A stretch of DNA of 64,000 nucleotides. It comes from Bryobacterales bacterium (GTDB lineage: Bacteria; Acidobacteriota; Terriglobia; Bryobacterales; Bryobacteraceae). Of this stretch, positions 8,955-18,307 are shown piece after piece. Each line of letters opens with the position of its first letter. The first letter of the stretch is position 1. A program made the translations under genes and the position numbers. Under the pieces are notes generated by a model, which saw only the letters and a program-made list of their open reading frames with translations, had not been told where the DNA came from and made no database searches. The stretch lies in contig CAWCSV010000002.1 in NCBI GenBank assembly GCA_963798295.1, positions 738,023 through 802,022 on the forward strand, given 5' to 3'.

Positions 8955-9581
8955 CTAGCCGTTCCACGTTCCACGTGAAACATTCCCATAAACGCAGAGC
9001 CTTCGGTCTCCCCAAGGTAACCGAACAGGCTCGGCCCATGCAATGCGTGAATCGCTTCCGACCGTCGAAAAATCATCCTCACCAAGCATAAGTCCGATAT
9101 TCGGCGCCAGCGGAACTGCGTTTGCCAGAACTTCGGCAGGATCAACCGCCCTCGCCACAATCCAATCTGCATGGTCGACGACGCGTTCCATACGCTCGGC
9201 GCGAACGGATACGTTCTCCAACTGCCGCGTGGATTCTCGAAGGAAGACTGCCTTCTTCTGATTAGATTCAACCAGCGTCACCCGCCAATGGGGCTTGAGA
9301 ATCGCCATGGGGACTCCGGGGAATCCGGGCCCCGAGCCCACGTCCATCACCGAAATCTCGGGTTCTTGAGTGGGCAGATCAGCGGTAAAGAATAGGGACT
9401 CGCAGTAATGCCGCACGACGATTTCAGGGCCGGGCTTGACTGTGGTGAGATTCATCCGCTGGTTCCAGCGAAGAAGCAGATCGTAGTGACGGTAGAGTTG
9501 CGCGACCTGAAAATCAGAGAGCGAAGTCCACTGACTCAGCTCGCGGTGAAGAAGCTCGGAGAACCAGTCAGGGGTGGGCAC
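8955..9581 (-). CDS. rsmG: 16S rRNA (guanine527-N7)-methyltransferase RsmG (GidB)
   Basis: 208 aa. [20 protein letters not shown] and SAM motif [17 protein letters not shown]. Conserved mnmG-rsmG-parA-parB gene order. Confidence 0.9.
   Translation of the reverse strand: MPTPDWFSELLHRELSQWTSLSDFQVAQLYRHYDLLLRWNQRMNLTTVKPGPEIVVRHYCESLFFTADLPTQEPEISVMDVGSGPGFPGVPMAILKPHWRVTLVESNQKKAVFLRESTRQLENVSVRAERMERVVDHADWIVARAVDPAEVLANAVPLAPNIGLMLGEDDFSTVGSDSRIAWAEPVRLPWGDRRLCVYGNVSRGTWNG
8967..8982. promoter_or_regulatory. parS-like centromere site
   Basis: The minus strand reads TGTTTCACGTGGAACg, a 14/16 match to the canonical palindrome TGTTTCACGTGAAACA. It lies in the last codons of rsmG, 30-45 nt upstream of the parA start. 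Confidence 0.55.
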
Positions 9582-11370
9582 CGAGGCTCAGGTAGACATC
9601 CAGCACGGCGATAGCGGCCGGGGTGATGCCGGGGATGCGGCCTGCTTGTCCCAGGGTCTGTGGCCGGACTCGTTCCAGCTTCTGCCTGGCTTCCGTGGAT
9701 AGGCCAGGAATTCCCGCAAAGTCAAACAGAGACGGAATGCGCCGAAGTTCTGAGCCGCGCAGGCGCTCCATCTGACGCTGCTGCTGGTCGATATATCCGG
9801 AGTATTTGGCCTCGGTCTCAATTGTAGCCAGGACGCCATGGACCGGCTCTTCGCACAAAACGTCTCTGAGAGAAGTGGAAAGTGACGCTAGCTTTGCTTC
9901 GGGCCGTCGAAGCCAGGGAATCAGTCGCTGTGTTTCCAAATGAGCGGTTAGCAGCGCCTTCTGAGTTTGCTTCCGCTGGTAGAGCGCCCAGCGATCGTCA
10001 CCCACCAGCCCGGCCTCACGGCCGATTGGCGTCAAACGCTGATCCGCATTGTCGATCCGTAGATGCAGCCGGAACTCCGCACGCGACGTGAACATCCGAT
10101 AAGGCTCGTCGGCGCCTTTACTGATCAAATCGTCGATCAGAATCCCGGTATATCCTTGGGTCCGTCCGATAATGATCGGATCCTGCTTACCGATGCGGCG
10201 CGCGGCATTGATCCCGGCCATAAGACCCTGGCAGCCGGCTTCTTCGTAGCCCGACGTTCCGTTGATTTGGCCAGCCAGAAACAGGCCATCAATCGATTTC
10301 AATTCCAGGCTGTGCTTCAGTTCCCGCGGATCGATGGCGTCGTACTCGATAGCGTAGCCAGGGCGGATCATCTCCGCGTCCTCAAGTCCCGGAATCGAAG
10401 CCACCATGGCGGACTGAACGTCGATGGGCATGCTCGTGGACATGCCGTTGACGTAGACTTCGTTGGTATCGATGCCCTCCGGCTCCAGGAAGATCTGGTG
10501 TCGCTCCTTATCCGGGAACTTCACGACCTTGTCTTCGATGGATGGGCAGTAGCGCGGGCCGACACCCTCGATCTGACCGCTATAGAGCGGTGATCGCGCG
10601 ATACTATCGCGCAGAATCTGGAGTGTCTTGTTAGAAGTGTACGATATATAACATTTAATCTGATCGCGCTCGATCTTTTCTGTTAGGAACGAGAAGGGCG
10701 TCGGTTCCGCATCTCCACTTTGCGCTTCAAAGCGGGACCAATCGATGGTCCGGCCATCCAATCGAGGCGGCGTGCCTGTCTTCAGCCGCTTCCAGTTAAG
10801 ACCGAGCGTTCGTAACTGATCGCCGAGCAGGTTGGAGGAGGCCTCACCGTTCCGGCCGCAGCTGTATTTCATCTCGCCCACATGGGCGAGGCCGTTCAAA
10901 AACGTGCCGGTGGTAACGACAACACAATGGCTCGAAATTGTTCTACCATCGCGCAGCAAGACTCCTGAGACGCGAGCCCTGTCGATGATCAATTCCGCGA
11001 CCTCGGCCTGCAGAATCCGAAGATTTGGTTCGCGCTCCAGCATCTCGCGCATCTTGATGCGGTATTGCTTCTTGTCGCATTGCGCGCGCGGCGACCATAC
11101 TGCCGGCCCGCGGCTGGTATTCAATAAACGGAATTGGATCCCCACCGCATCGGTGACTTCGCCCATGATGCCGCCCAACGCGTCGATCTCGCGAACCAGG
11201 TGGCCCTTCGCTATGCCGCCGATCGCAGGATTGCACGACATCTGCGCGATCAGGTCCAGGTTCATCGTGATCATCGCCGTACGAAGGCCCAATCGCGCGC
11301 ATGCACGCGCAGCTTCGCACCCGGCGTGGCCGGCGCCAACGACAACGACGTCATATCGGGAAGACTTCAT
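9568..11370 (-). CDS. mnmG: tRNA uridine 5-carboxymethylaminomethyl modification enzyme MnmG (GidA)
   Basis: 600 aa. FAD motif [51 protein letters not shown]. Confidence 0.95.
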   Translation of the reverse strand: MKSSRYDVVVVGAGHAGCEAARACARLGLRTAMITMNLDLIAQMSCNPAIGGIAKGHLVREIDALGGIMGEVTDAVGIQFRLLNTSRGPAVWSPRAQCDKKQYRIKMREMLEREPNLRILQAEVAELIIDRARVSGVLLRDGRTISSHCVVVTTGTFLNGLAHVGEMKYSCGRNGEASSNLLGDQLRTLGLNWKRLKTGTPPRLDGRTIDWSRFEAQSGDAEPTPFSFLTEKIERDQIKCYISYTSNKTLQILRDSIARSPLYSGQIEGVGPRYCPSIEDKVVKFPDKERHQIFLEPEGIDTNEVYVNGMSTSMPIDVQSAMVASIPGLEDAEMIRPGYAIEYDAIDPRELKHSLELKSIDGLFLAGQINGTSGYEEAGCQGLMAGINAARRIGKQDPIIIGRTQGYTGILIDDLISKGADEPYRMFTSRAEFRLHLRIDNADQRLTPIGREAGLVGDDRWALYQRKQTQKALLTAHLETQRLIPWLRRPEAKLASLSTSLRDVLCEEPVHGVLATIETEAKYSGYIDQQQRQMERLRGSELRRIPSLFDFAGIPGLSTEARQKLERVRPQTLGQAGRIPGITPAAIAVLDVYLSLGAHP

Positions 11371-11407
11371 GACTCAGTTTCAGTGTGGCATACTTCCATT
11401 TATCCCA

Positions 11408-12631
11408 ATGAAGATCCTGGTGGTGGGCTCGGGCGGCCGCGAACACGCCTTGTGCTGGAAATTGGCGCAGAGCCCAAAGACGTCCGCGTTGTATGCCGCG
11501 CCTGGAAATCCGGGAATGGCGCAGCTGGCCGCTTGCCTGGCGACCACGGATTATCTGGCAGCCGCCGAATCGATAGATGCCGATTTAACGGTGGTGGGGC
11601 CGGAGACTCCGCTGGCAGCCGGCATTGTGGATCAATTTCGCGCGAAGGGCCGGAGGATTGTGGGGCCGACGGCTGCCGCGGCACGGGTAGAAGCGAGCAA
11701 GGCTTTCGCCAAAGAATTGATGCTGCGCGCGGGTATTCCAACCGCGCGATTTGCCACCGCATCGAGCGTCGAAGAAGCGAACGACGCTCTGCTTGAGTTC
11801 GATCTTCCTGTGGTGATCAAAGCCGATGGACTGGCGGCGGGCAAGGGAGTGATCATTGCGAACACGCACGAAGAGGCGCGCCGCGCAATCGGCCAACTGG
11901 GACCGCCGCTGGTGATCGAAGAATTCCTGGTTGGCGAAGAGGTGAGCTTCATCGTACTGAGCGATGGCGTCAACGTGCTGGCGCTGGAGCCGACGCAGGA
12001 TCACAAGACGGTCAACGATGGCGACCAGGGTCCGAACACCGGCGGCATGGGCGCGTATTGTGACGGGCGCATCCTGGATGCGTTTCGCCAGGAGCTGGTG
12101 ATGGCGCGAGTGATCCGTCCTGCGATCGTTCAGATGCGCACTGAAGGCACACCATTCACCGGTTTCTTATACGCGGGTTTGATGATGACCGCGCAGGGAC
12201 CAAGGGTGGTGGAATTCAACGCGCGCTTAGGCGATCCGGAGACGCAGGCGCTGATGCATCGCATGGCGTCGGATTTTGTGGAGCCGCTGTTCGCGGCGGC
12301 GCACGGGGCGTTGGATGAGACACCGTTGGATTGGAAAGCCGATCCGTCAGTGTGCGTGGTTCTGGCAGCCGCCGGCTATCCGGCGTCGGTGCGGCCGGGC
12401 GACGCGATCACGGGACTGGATCAAGTCCACGAAGCGACGGTTTTTCAGGCCGGGACAAAACTAGATAACAATGTTTTGGTCACATCCGGCGGCCGGGTTT
12501 TAGGCGTCACCGCGAGCGGCCCGACGCTGGCATCGGCGATGAGCAACGCGTATGACGACGTCCGAAAGATCCACTTTGACGGCATGCACTACCGCAACGA
12601 CATCGGGCAGAAGGGCCTGAAGCGCTGGTAA
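11408..12631 (+). CDS. purD: phosphoribosylamine--glycine ligase
   Basis: In-frame ATG inside track ORF 10832..12631. MKILVVGSGGREHALCWKLAQSP..., ATP-grasp region, GGMGAY, EFNARLGDPETQ. The upstream extension overlaps mnmG antisense. Confidence 0.95.
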   Translation: MKILVVGSGGREHALCWKLAQSPKTSALYAAPGNPGMAQLAACLATTDYLAAAESIDADLTVVGPETPLAAGIVDQFRAKGRRIVGPTAAAARVEASKAFAKELMLRAGIPTARFATASSVEEANDALLEFDLPVVIKADGLAAGKGVIIANTHEEARRAIGQLGPPLVIEEFLVGEEVSFIVLSDGVNVLALEPTQDHKTVNDGDQGPNTGGMGAYCDGRILDAFRQELVMARVIRPAIVQMRTEGTPFTGFLYAGLMMTAQGPRVVEFNARLGDPETQALMHRMASDFVEPLFAAAHGALDETPLDWKADPSVCVVLAAAGYPASVRPGDAITGLDQVHEATVFQAGTKLDNNVLVTSGGRVLGVTASGPTLASAMSNAYDDVRKIHFDGMHYRNDIGQKGLKRW

Positions 12632-12639
12632 CATCGGGC

Positions 12640-14073
12640 ATGAATAAGCTGCGTTTTGCTGTGGTAGTTCTTCTGGGCTCGCTAATCGTTTTGGGCATAC
12701 CAAACGCCGCGCCTCTGGATGAAGCTACCCGCAAACTGGCGCACGACATCTTTCAGCAGCTCATCGAAATCAATACCACCGATTCAGTTGGCAGCACAAC
12801 CGTCGCGGCTGAAGCAATGTCCCAGCGGCTGCTCGACGCAGGATTCGCCGCCGGGGACATCAAAGTTCTAGGTCCTAACGATGGGAAGGGCAATCTGGTA
12901 GCGCGATATCGCGGAACAGGCTCTTTGAAGCCGATCCTGATCATCGGACATCTGGATGTCGTAGAGGCCCGAAGAGAAGATTGGACCACCGATCCGTTCC
13001 AGTTTGTCGAAAAAGACGGCTATTTCTACGGCCGCGGTACGCAGGATATGAAGGTCAGCGACGCGATACTGGTGACCACGTTCATTCGTTTCAAACGCGA
13101 GGGATACCAGCCGGATCGGGATATTATCCTGGCGCTGACTGCCGATGAAGAGGGCGGCAAATCGAACGGCGTCGATTGGCTTTTGAAGAACCATCGCGAG
13201 CTGGTGGATGCGGCGTTTGCGTTGAACCCGGATTCGGGCGGAGTCACCACGGTGAAGGGCAAGCCGGTGAATATGGACGTAGAAGCGAACGAGAAGCTCT
13301 ACGCCGACTTTGAACTGGATGCGACCAATCCAGGCGGTCACAGTTCGCTGCCGGTTCCAGACAATGCGATCTACCACATCGCGGACGCACTGTCGCGCCT
13401 GCAATACGCACCGTTTCCGTTCGAGCTAAATCCGATTACGCGAACTTATTTCGAGAGACGCGCCCCGCTCGAATCGGGTCAAACGGCTTCCGATATGAAA
13501 GCGATCCTGCTCACGCCGCCGAATCCAAAAGCGATTGCACGGCTCTCCGGGGATGCTCGATTCAATTCGCTGATGCGAACCACTTGCGTGGCCACGCGAT
13601 TGAACGCCGGCCATGCGAACAACGCGCTGCCACAGCAAGCGCAAGCGATTGTGAACTGTCGCATTCTGCCCGGGCATTCCATGGAGGAGGTGCGTCAGAA
13701 ATTGATCCGAGTGTTCGCCGATCCGAAAATTACCGTGAAGTATGTGGACAATGCTTACCAGGTTTTTGATCGCGCCCCCGAGACCAAGGCCTTTGCGCCG
13801 GTATTGCCCCCAGCTGAAGTAATGCGGCCGCTGGAACGGGTGACGGATACGATGTGGCCGGGCGCGCCGGTGATTCCGGAAATGGAAACGGGCGCGTCGG
13901 ATAGCGTCTATACCATCGCGGCGGGCATTCCAAGCTATGGCATTTCGGGCGTCGCGCTGGACGAAGACGATGTGCGGGCGCACGGCAAGGACGAGCGCGT
14001 GCGTGTGGGTTCGTTCTATGACGGAGTGGAATTTTACTATCGATATTTGAAGGCGCTGACCGGCGCCCGGTAG
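12640..14073 (+). CDS. secreted M20-family metallopeptidase
   Basis: Signal peptide MNKLRFAVVVLLGSLIVLG. M20 motifs IIGHLDVVEA, WTTDPF, GRGTQDMK, LTADEEGG. Confidence 0.8.
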   Translation: MNKLRFAVVVLLGSLIVLGIPNAAPLDEATRKLAHDIFQQLIEINTTDSVGSTTVAAEAMSQRLLDAGFAAGDIKVLGPNDGKGNLVARYRGTGSLKPILIIGHLDVVEARREDWTTDPFQFVEKDGYFYGRGTQDMKVSDAILVTTFIRFKREGYQPDRDIILALTADEEGGKSNGVDWLLKNHRELVDAAFALNPDSGGVTTVKGKPVNMDVEANEKLYADFELDATNPGGHSSLPVPDNAIYHIADALSRLQYAPFPFELNPITRTYFERRAPLESGQTASDMKAILLTPPNPKAIARLSGDARFNSLMRTTCVATRLNAGHANNALPQQAQAIVNCRILPGHSMEEVRQKLIRVFADPKITVKYVDNAYQVFDRAPETKAFAPVLPPAEVMRPLERVTDTMWPGAPVIPEMETGASDSVYTIAAGIPSYGISGVALDEDDVRAHGKDERVRVGSFYDGVEFYYRYLKALTGAR

Positions 14074-14182
14074 CCGGGGGGATCGATTGATAGAATCGAA
14101 GTGTTTTCGCCAGTTCAGGATCTCGACGAGTCAAGCGGATAGGGTTCAATGCAGTTTTGAGACAGAGCAATTCCGCCAGCGG

Positions 14183-15261
14183 TTATCGCGCTAGTGGAAG
14201 GTCCGAATCTAATTTTGCAAGAGCCAGAGTAATTAGTCGATCGTTGAAGAGCTTTTGTTTCCGTTCGGCGGCGGCCGGTCCAGCCGGCCAACGTCGTAGT
14301 CCCTCTCGGATGCTCGCAAGGTTCCGCCCACAGCCTTCCCTCTCGATCAGCCAATCAACCGTCGCGAGCAGTTCCATGCCCAAAGGTGACTCGAAACCAT
14401 CGATTCGTTCGGCTGTCCGGTCCAAGACCTGCGTAGGTGCCGGGCGTTCTCCTGCTTGAGGTACAGATCAACGAATGGACGCCGCTCTTCATCAAACCAG
14501 ATAGTGTCAGAGGGACCCGCATCACTCAAGCGCCTATCGCAATGAAGATAGCTTCCATCGAGACCGTTCAGCAGGTGTCGGAGCCGATCAGAGTATGGCC
14601 CATACTTGTCGGCGACGAATCTCAGATCGAGCGGATCTTCGAAGCCAAGTTCATTTATTGTCCGCTCAAGGAACCAGCACAGCTTCTGGACTTCGAGATA
14701 GGTACACTCGATTCCAAGCACCCAGTAACGTCGAATTATCTCGGCGACAAGGACACGAGCTGGCGTTAATTTCATGACGCCCGCGCGCTTAGCGACATTC
14801 TGGTATTTAGCTGTGGGTTCGAACACCCAGATGTCTACGTTGGACAGTTGACCGAGGGCCCGCTCGATTTCCGGCCGAACATCGCTCCAGTCGAGTCCGC
14901 CGTTTCCGCACCCCAAGGGCGGTAATGCGATCGACTGAATCCCTTTCTCTTCGACGACACGGCGCAAGTCTTGCAGCCCTTCAACGATCCACTCCAGCCT
15001 GGAGGGCTGCCTCCAATGTTTCTTGGTGGGGAAATTGATCAGCCATCTCGGTCCCTCTAGTGTCCGGTTCTCCGTCACGAACATATGACCGATCCGTACC
15101 TGTTTGCGTTTTGCCGCTTCTTCATAGATACGGAAGTTGTCGGGGAAGGCCTCCTTGAACATCAAGGCGATTCCCTTACCCATTACCCCCACTGTATTGA
15201 CGGTATTGACTACAGCTTCTGTCGGAGCGTCGAGCAAATTGCCTTGGAGAAACCTCATCAT
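14183..15261 (-). pseudogene. darG: DarG-like macrodomain antitoxin, split by one frame change near 14425-14450
   Basis: ORF 14347..15261 carries the macrodomain ([46 protein letters not shown]) plus the DarG-type middle region. ORF 14183..14425, in another frame, carries the expected C-terminus [22 protein letters not shown]...WPAG. Confidence 0.75.
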
Positions 15262-15900
15262 CAGAAATACCAGCCTTGTCGTGCAGCGACCTTAACCGCT
15301 AGACCGCGTCTCTCGACCTCCACTCGCAGGTCCTGCTCAACGGCTGCGGTATAGCAGCATACGCCCTGCAATGCAGCTACGGGCACGTGCTTCCAAATCA
15401 AGGCCTCGGCTTGATACCGTTCCTTTTTCCCTGGATCGTCTGGATCATGCTTGAAATTGCGGCTTTGTAGTAACGGCCAGTCAATCTCACCGAGAGAAGT
15501 CAGATTCCGTAAAATACTTCGCCATAGGTGGGTAAGCATGTTGATCCGTAAACACGAACGGAATGTCCTGATCGGACACGTGCGGTAGTGATGAAACGAA
15601 GATCACGATGTCTTCACCAGGCACCTTTTTCACGTTGTAGCCCGTCATGATGTTCAACAACATGATCGAGTGAGGTGTGAAGTAGAACGGAACGTAATCG
15701 CTGAGCGTCCCTCCCGGCGGAACCTCGACGACTCGTCGCGATCGTTTGTCGATGAGATCGACATTCCCGATGTTTCGAAAGTTCGGATCGAACGTGGCCC
15801 CATTGCGTGCGTGCATTCCGTTGTCCAGAATCCAGGGCACATTGTCCCGGTGCGTGATCCTGAAGATCAGTGCCTTCCCTGGAGTCAAGCTCAGTGCCAT
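15261..15900 (-). pseudogene. darT: DarT-like (DUF4433) DNA ADP-ribosyltransferase toxin, split by one frame change near 15490-15510
   Basis: ORF 15487..15900 gives ALIFRITHRDNVPWILDNGMH...DYVPFYFTPHS...IPFVFTDQHAY. ORF 15261..15539, offset by 1 nt, gives NLTSLGEIDWPLLQSRNFKHDPDDPGKKERYQAEALIWKHVP...GWYF. The darT stop overlaps the darG ATG (TGATGATGA). Confidence 0.75.
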
Positions 15901-16108
15901 TCCGGTTGGTGCTCGTCAAGGCCCGAACAGATGGCGCGGACAGTCCCGATGGAGCTACGGAAGGCGACGGTTCGGAAAATAGACGGAGCTTGTAGTTTAG
16001 TATAGGTCACGAACTTACTCGAACGCATCTACCTTACCGACACTAATTAATCGGCCGTCATTTTCTAAATCACGATCCCGGTCGGATCCGTCTGCCAATT
16101 CACTACGG

Positions 16109-16156
16109 AGGATTATAATCCTGTTGAGCTCGCTCTTTCAAGAGGATTATAATCCT
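16109..16156. promoter_or_regulatory. pair of identical perfect palindromes (operator-like), each embedding TATAAT
   Basis: AGGATTATAATCCT occurs at 16109-16122 and at 16143-16156, 34 bp centre to centre. Each copy is flanked by G on both sides. The second copy ends 3 nt before the ATG at 16160. Confidence 0.5.
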
Positions 16157-16159
16157 GAT

Positions 16160-16573
16160 ATGCGTCGTCAACGAAAGCTGACCAAAACTGATCCAGAATT
16201 TCTCCGTGCGGTTTCAGAAGGCCTCGTTCGATATAAGAAGTCGAGAGGCGAACGTTATAGCAATGCTTCACTGGCGACCGATCTCGGTGTTGAGGAATCG
16301 ACAGTGGCGAAGTACATAAAGAGGCGTTCACCCATTATGGCCGCAGGCTCTCGCGAGAGCCTGCGTCGATTTGGGAATGTCGTTCACTTACAAAGGATCG
16401 TGTTATTTCAGCAACTTCCATCCAACTGGCCAAGCCAGATCTTCCTCTACCGAAGCACTCAGATGGAATTGCTTTTTGAAGCTGAATATTCGGGCGAGAG
16501 CAATTCATGGCGAATGGCGCAGCACCGAGCAGAGCCGATGGAGTTCACTCTTCGAATCAAAATCGCGTCCTAA
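16160..16573 (+). CDS. hypothetical protein with an N-terminal helix-turn-helix-like segment
   Basis: First ATG inside track ORF 16124..16573. SNASLATDLGVEESTVAKYIKRR resembles an Xre/Cro-type HTH. The rest has no recognisable domain. Confidence 0.45.
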   Translation: MRRQRKLTKTDPEFLRAVSEGLVRYKKSRGERYSNASLATDLGVEESTVAKYIKRRSPIMAAGSRESLRRFGNVVHLQRIVLFQQLPSNWPSQIFLYRSTQMELLFEAEYSGESNSWRMAQHRAEPMEFTLRIKIAS

Positions 16574-16703
16574 GCCTAACTCAGCGGCTCTCACTGCACA
16601 AATGAATTCGGGAAGGGTTTTGATACAGTTTTTCGTGGCAGAGATAACGGAAGAAAAACACGGCGAGCGTCGAAGTATTTTAAAATCAATGGTGGCACCC
16701 TGC

Positions 16704-16780
16704 GGGGACGTAGCTCAGATGGATAGAGCGGTCGCCTCCTAAGCGACAGGTCGGCAGTTCGAAGCTGCCCGTCCCTACCA
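16704..16780 (+). tRNA. tRNA-Arg (anticodon CCT)
   Basis: 77 nt. Acceptor stem GGGGACG/CGTCCCT, D-arm GCTCAGATGGATAGAGC, anticodon stem-loop GTCGC-CTCCTAA-GCGAC, T-arm GGCAGTTCGAAGCTGCC, encoded CCA. Confidence 0.9.
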
Positions 16781-16849
16781 AACCGCTTTTGGCTGTTGGG
16801 TTGCTATGGTACAAGTTTGTGCACGCGCAAGGCTGCACTAGAATGAGGC

Positions 16850-17050
16850 ATGGCCAAACTGGCGCTTATCTATGGCATGCGTCTGCTCCCCGCGGACGAA
16901 CTCGAAAAGGTCGGGGACGCGGAGGTAACGCTCAAGAGTGGAAAAAAGGCGCAAGTAACCATGCATCTGCTGGAAGGCGGCGAAGACGAAATTCGCAAGC
17001 AGCTGATGCAATCGCTGGATGCGTTCTTCGAATTCTACCCGGAGATTTGA
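16850..17050 (+). CDS. small hypothetical protein (66 aa)
   Basis: ATG ORF with non-shadow composition (MAKLALIYGMRLLPADELEKVGDAEV...). No recognisable domain. Confidence 0.35.
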   Translation: MAKLALIYGMRLLPADELEKVGDAEVTLKSGKKAQVTMHLLEGGEDEIRKQLMQSLDAFFEFYPEI

Positions 17051-17062
17051 AGCGGACCGGGC

Positions 17063-18085
17063 TTACTTCCCCACCAGGTGCTGCACGTCGCGGTTGTTCT
17101 CCGTACAAATGAACTCGAAGATTTCTTCGTTCGCCAGATCGGCGACGCGCTTCTGCGTCCAGGGCTTGGCCAGCACGCCCGGATCGTCCACTGTGATTTC
17201 GATGTCAAGATGGCCGAGATCGGGACGGCGGTAACGCTCGATGATGTGCAATTTGTCGGAGTGGGGATGTGAATCCAGATCGAGCCAGACTCGCGGGTCG
17301 AATGCGACGCGATCCACCACCAGCGTGTCGCCCTCCCAACGGCCGATGGAGTCCCCGTACCAGGCCGGGTTCGGATCGGCAGGGTGGCCGCGACCGTTCA
17401 GATAAATCTGATGGAAGCCGGGGCTTTCGTCGTCGGAAATGTAGACCAGAACATCCTTGCTCTGCACAAACTCCCACAGCGGACCATTGCGCAGCGGGCC
17501 GGATGGAAGGCAATGCGCCTGAGGGCTGTCCCGGTTGTTGGTCTCGTGGCGTTGATCGGTGATCGCGATCGCGGACGGGAGAAACTCGGGCTTGCCTGGA
17601 TCCACCGTACGTGCCCGCCACCACACGCCAGACAGATCGGGTTTGCCGCCAAAAGTTCGCGGAGTTGGACCGGAAGGCGGAACATCGCGTTTCTGGTCGG
17701 CAAGGATGTGCGTGCGATCTTCGCCGAGCGTGTTCAGCTGCGTGGTATCGCCGAAACGAATGTCCAGGGCCACCGTTTGAGACGCTTGAACCACGACGCC
17801 CTTCTTCTCATAGGGCCGCAGACCGGGGGCGGAAGCCGAGACATCGTAGGATCCAGGAGGCAGATCGGGAAGCGTGTACTTACCCGTGGCGGAACTGGAG
17901 GACTTGAAAACCGCGCCCGACTCCACGTTTTTTGCCTGCACGGCGTTGTTATCAACCGGGTCGCCAATGGAGTCGAAAAGAGTGCCGGTGATAGCGCCGG
18001 CGGGAGCGGTACTTTGCGCCATGGCAGCCAAGGCTGAGAAGCCGACAACGACGGCGAAGCCGAGTGAGATTTTCATCGCATGCAT
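17063..18085 (-). CDS. secreted protein: CarboxypepD_reg-like beta-sandwich fused to a conserved unknown domain (paralog of 54711..55754 and 56272..57252)
   Basis: Signal peptide. GTLFDSIGDPV...GKYTLPDLPPGSYDVSASAPG is typical of the carboxypeptidase regulatory-like fold. The C-terminal part has CLPSGP..., GRWEGDTLVVDRVAFD..., HSDKLHIIERYRR..., shared with the two paralogs. Confidence 0.7.
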   Translation of the reverse strand: MHAMKISLGFAVVVGFSALAAMAQSTAPAGAITGTLFDSIGDPVDNNAVQAKNVESGAVFKSSSSATGKYTLPDLPPGSYDVSASAPGLRPYEKKGVVVQASQTVALDIRFGDTTQLNTLGEDRTHILADQKRDVPPSGPTPRTFGGKPDLSGVWWRARTVDPGKPEFLPSAIAITDQRHETNNRDSPQAHCLPSGPLRNGPLWEFVQSKDVLVYISDDESPGFHQIYLNGRGHPADPNPAWYGDSIGRWEGDTLVVDRVAFDPRVWLDLDSHPHSDKLHIIERYRRPDLGHLDIEITVDDPGVLAKPWTQKRVADLANEEIFEFICTENNRDVQHLVGK

Positions 18086-18248
18086 CCTTATTCATCTTCG
18101 GGTTGATCTTCGTGCGAATGCGCCGGTACGTCGGAGAGATCCGGCTCTTCGAATATGTATTATTCCACGGTACAGGGGACCTGAGACTCTGGCCGTACGG
18201 GCGGTACCAGTTCGATCCTAGTACTTAACCTGCAAAAGTTCGCACCGT

Positions 18249-18284
18249 TTGAATCTTGACCGATTCAAAAGCGGTCCTTATCCT
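18249..18284 (+). promoter_or_regulatory. possible promoter with overlapping inverted repeat upstream of the radical SAM gene
   Basis: TTGAATC (18249-18255) and GATTCAA (18262-18268) flank TTGACC (18256-18261). A 17 nt spacer leads to TATCCT (18279-18284). GGGGAGA lies about 11 nt before the GTG at 18308. Confidence 0.3.
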
Positions 18285-18307
18285 GCCGTGGGGAGACCGC
18301 TACATCG

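Noticed and set aside
10832-11407. N-terminal extensions of track ORFs. Examples are purD from 10832, parA from 9039, the GT2 from 1647, GT genes from 30893, 32110, 19033 and 48190, and the membrane protein from 50564.
   Set aside because: The extensions overlap upstream or divergent genes and have shadow-frame composition. Conserved protein N-termini begin at internal starts, which often have an RBS or a stop/start overlap.
6804-11407. Replication origin (oriC) next to mnmG-rsmG-parAB.
   Set aside because: I found no cluster of TTATCCACA-type DnaA boxes and no AT-rich unwinding repeats in the intergenic spaces. There is no dnaA or dnaN in the window. The only near-matches (TTATCCACC at about 596 and 1271) lie inside GT2 coding sequence, where they encode the VVDNGS motif.
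15480-15545. Programmed ribosomal frameshifting as the explanation for the split darT.
   Set aside because: The required shift is +1. I see no slippery heptamer, no in-frame stop with a stimulatory SD, and no downstream pseudoknot-like structure at the junction (tat ttt acg gaa tct). darG and several unrelated genes carry similar breaks, which favours indels.
14074-16703. The DarTG/HTH segment as a tRNA-Arg-integrated genomic island.
   Set aside because: No integrase or recombinase ORF is present. I found no direct repeat of the tRNA-Arg 3' end. The segment also lies 5' of the tRNA rather than at its 3' end, where tRNA-targeting islands usually insert.
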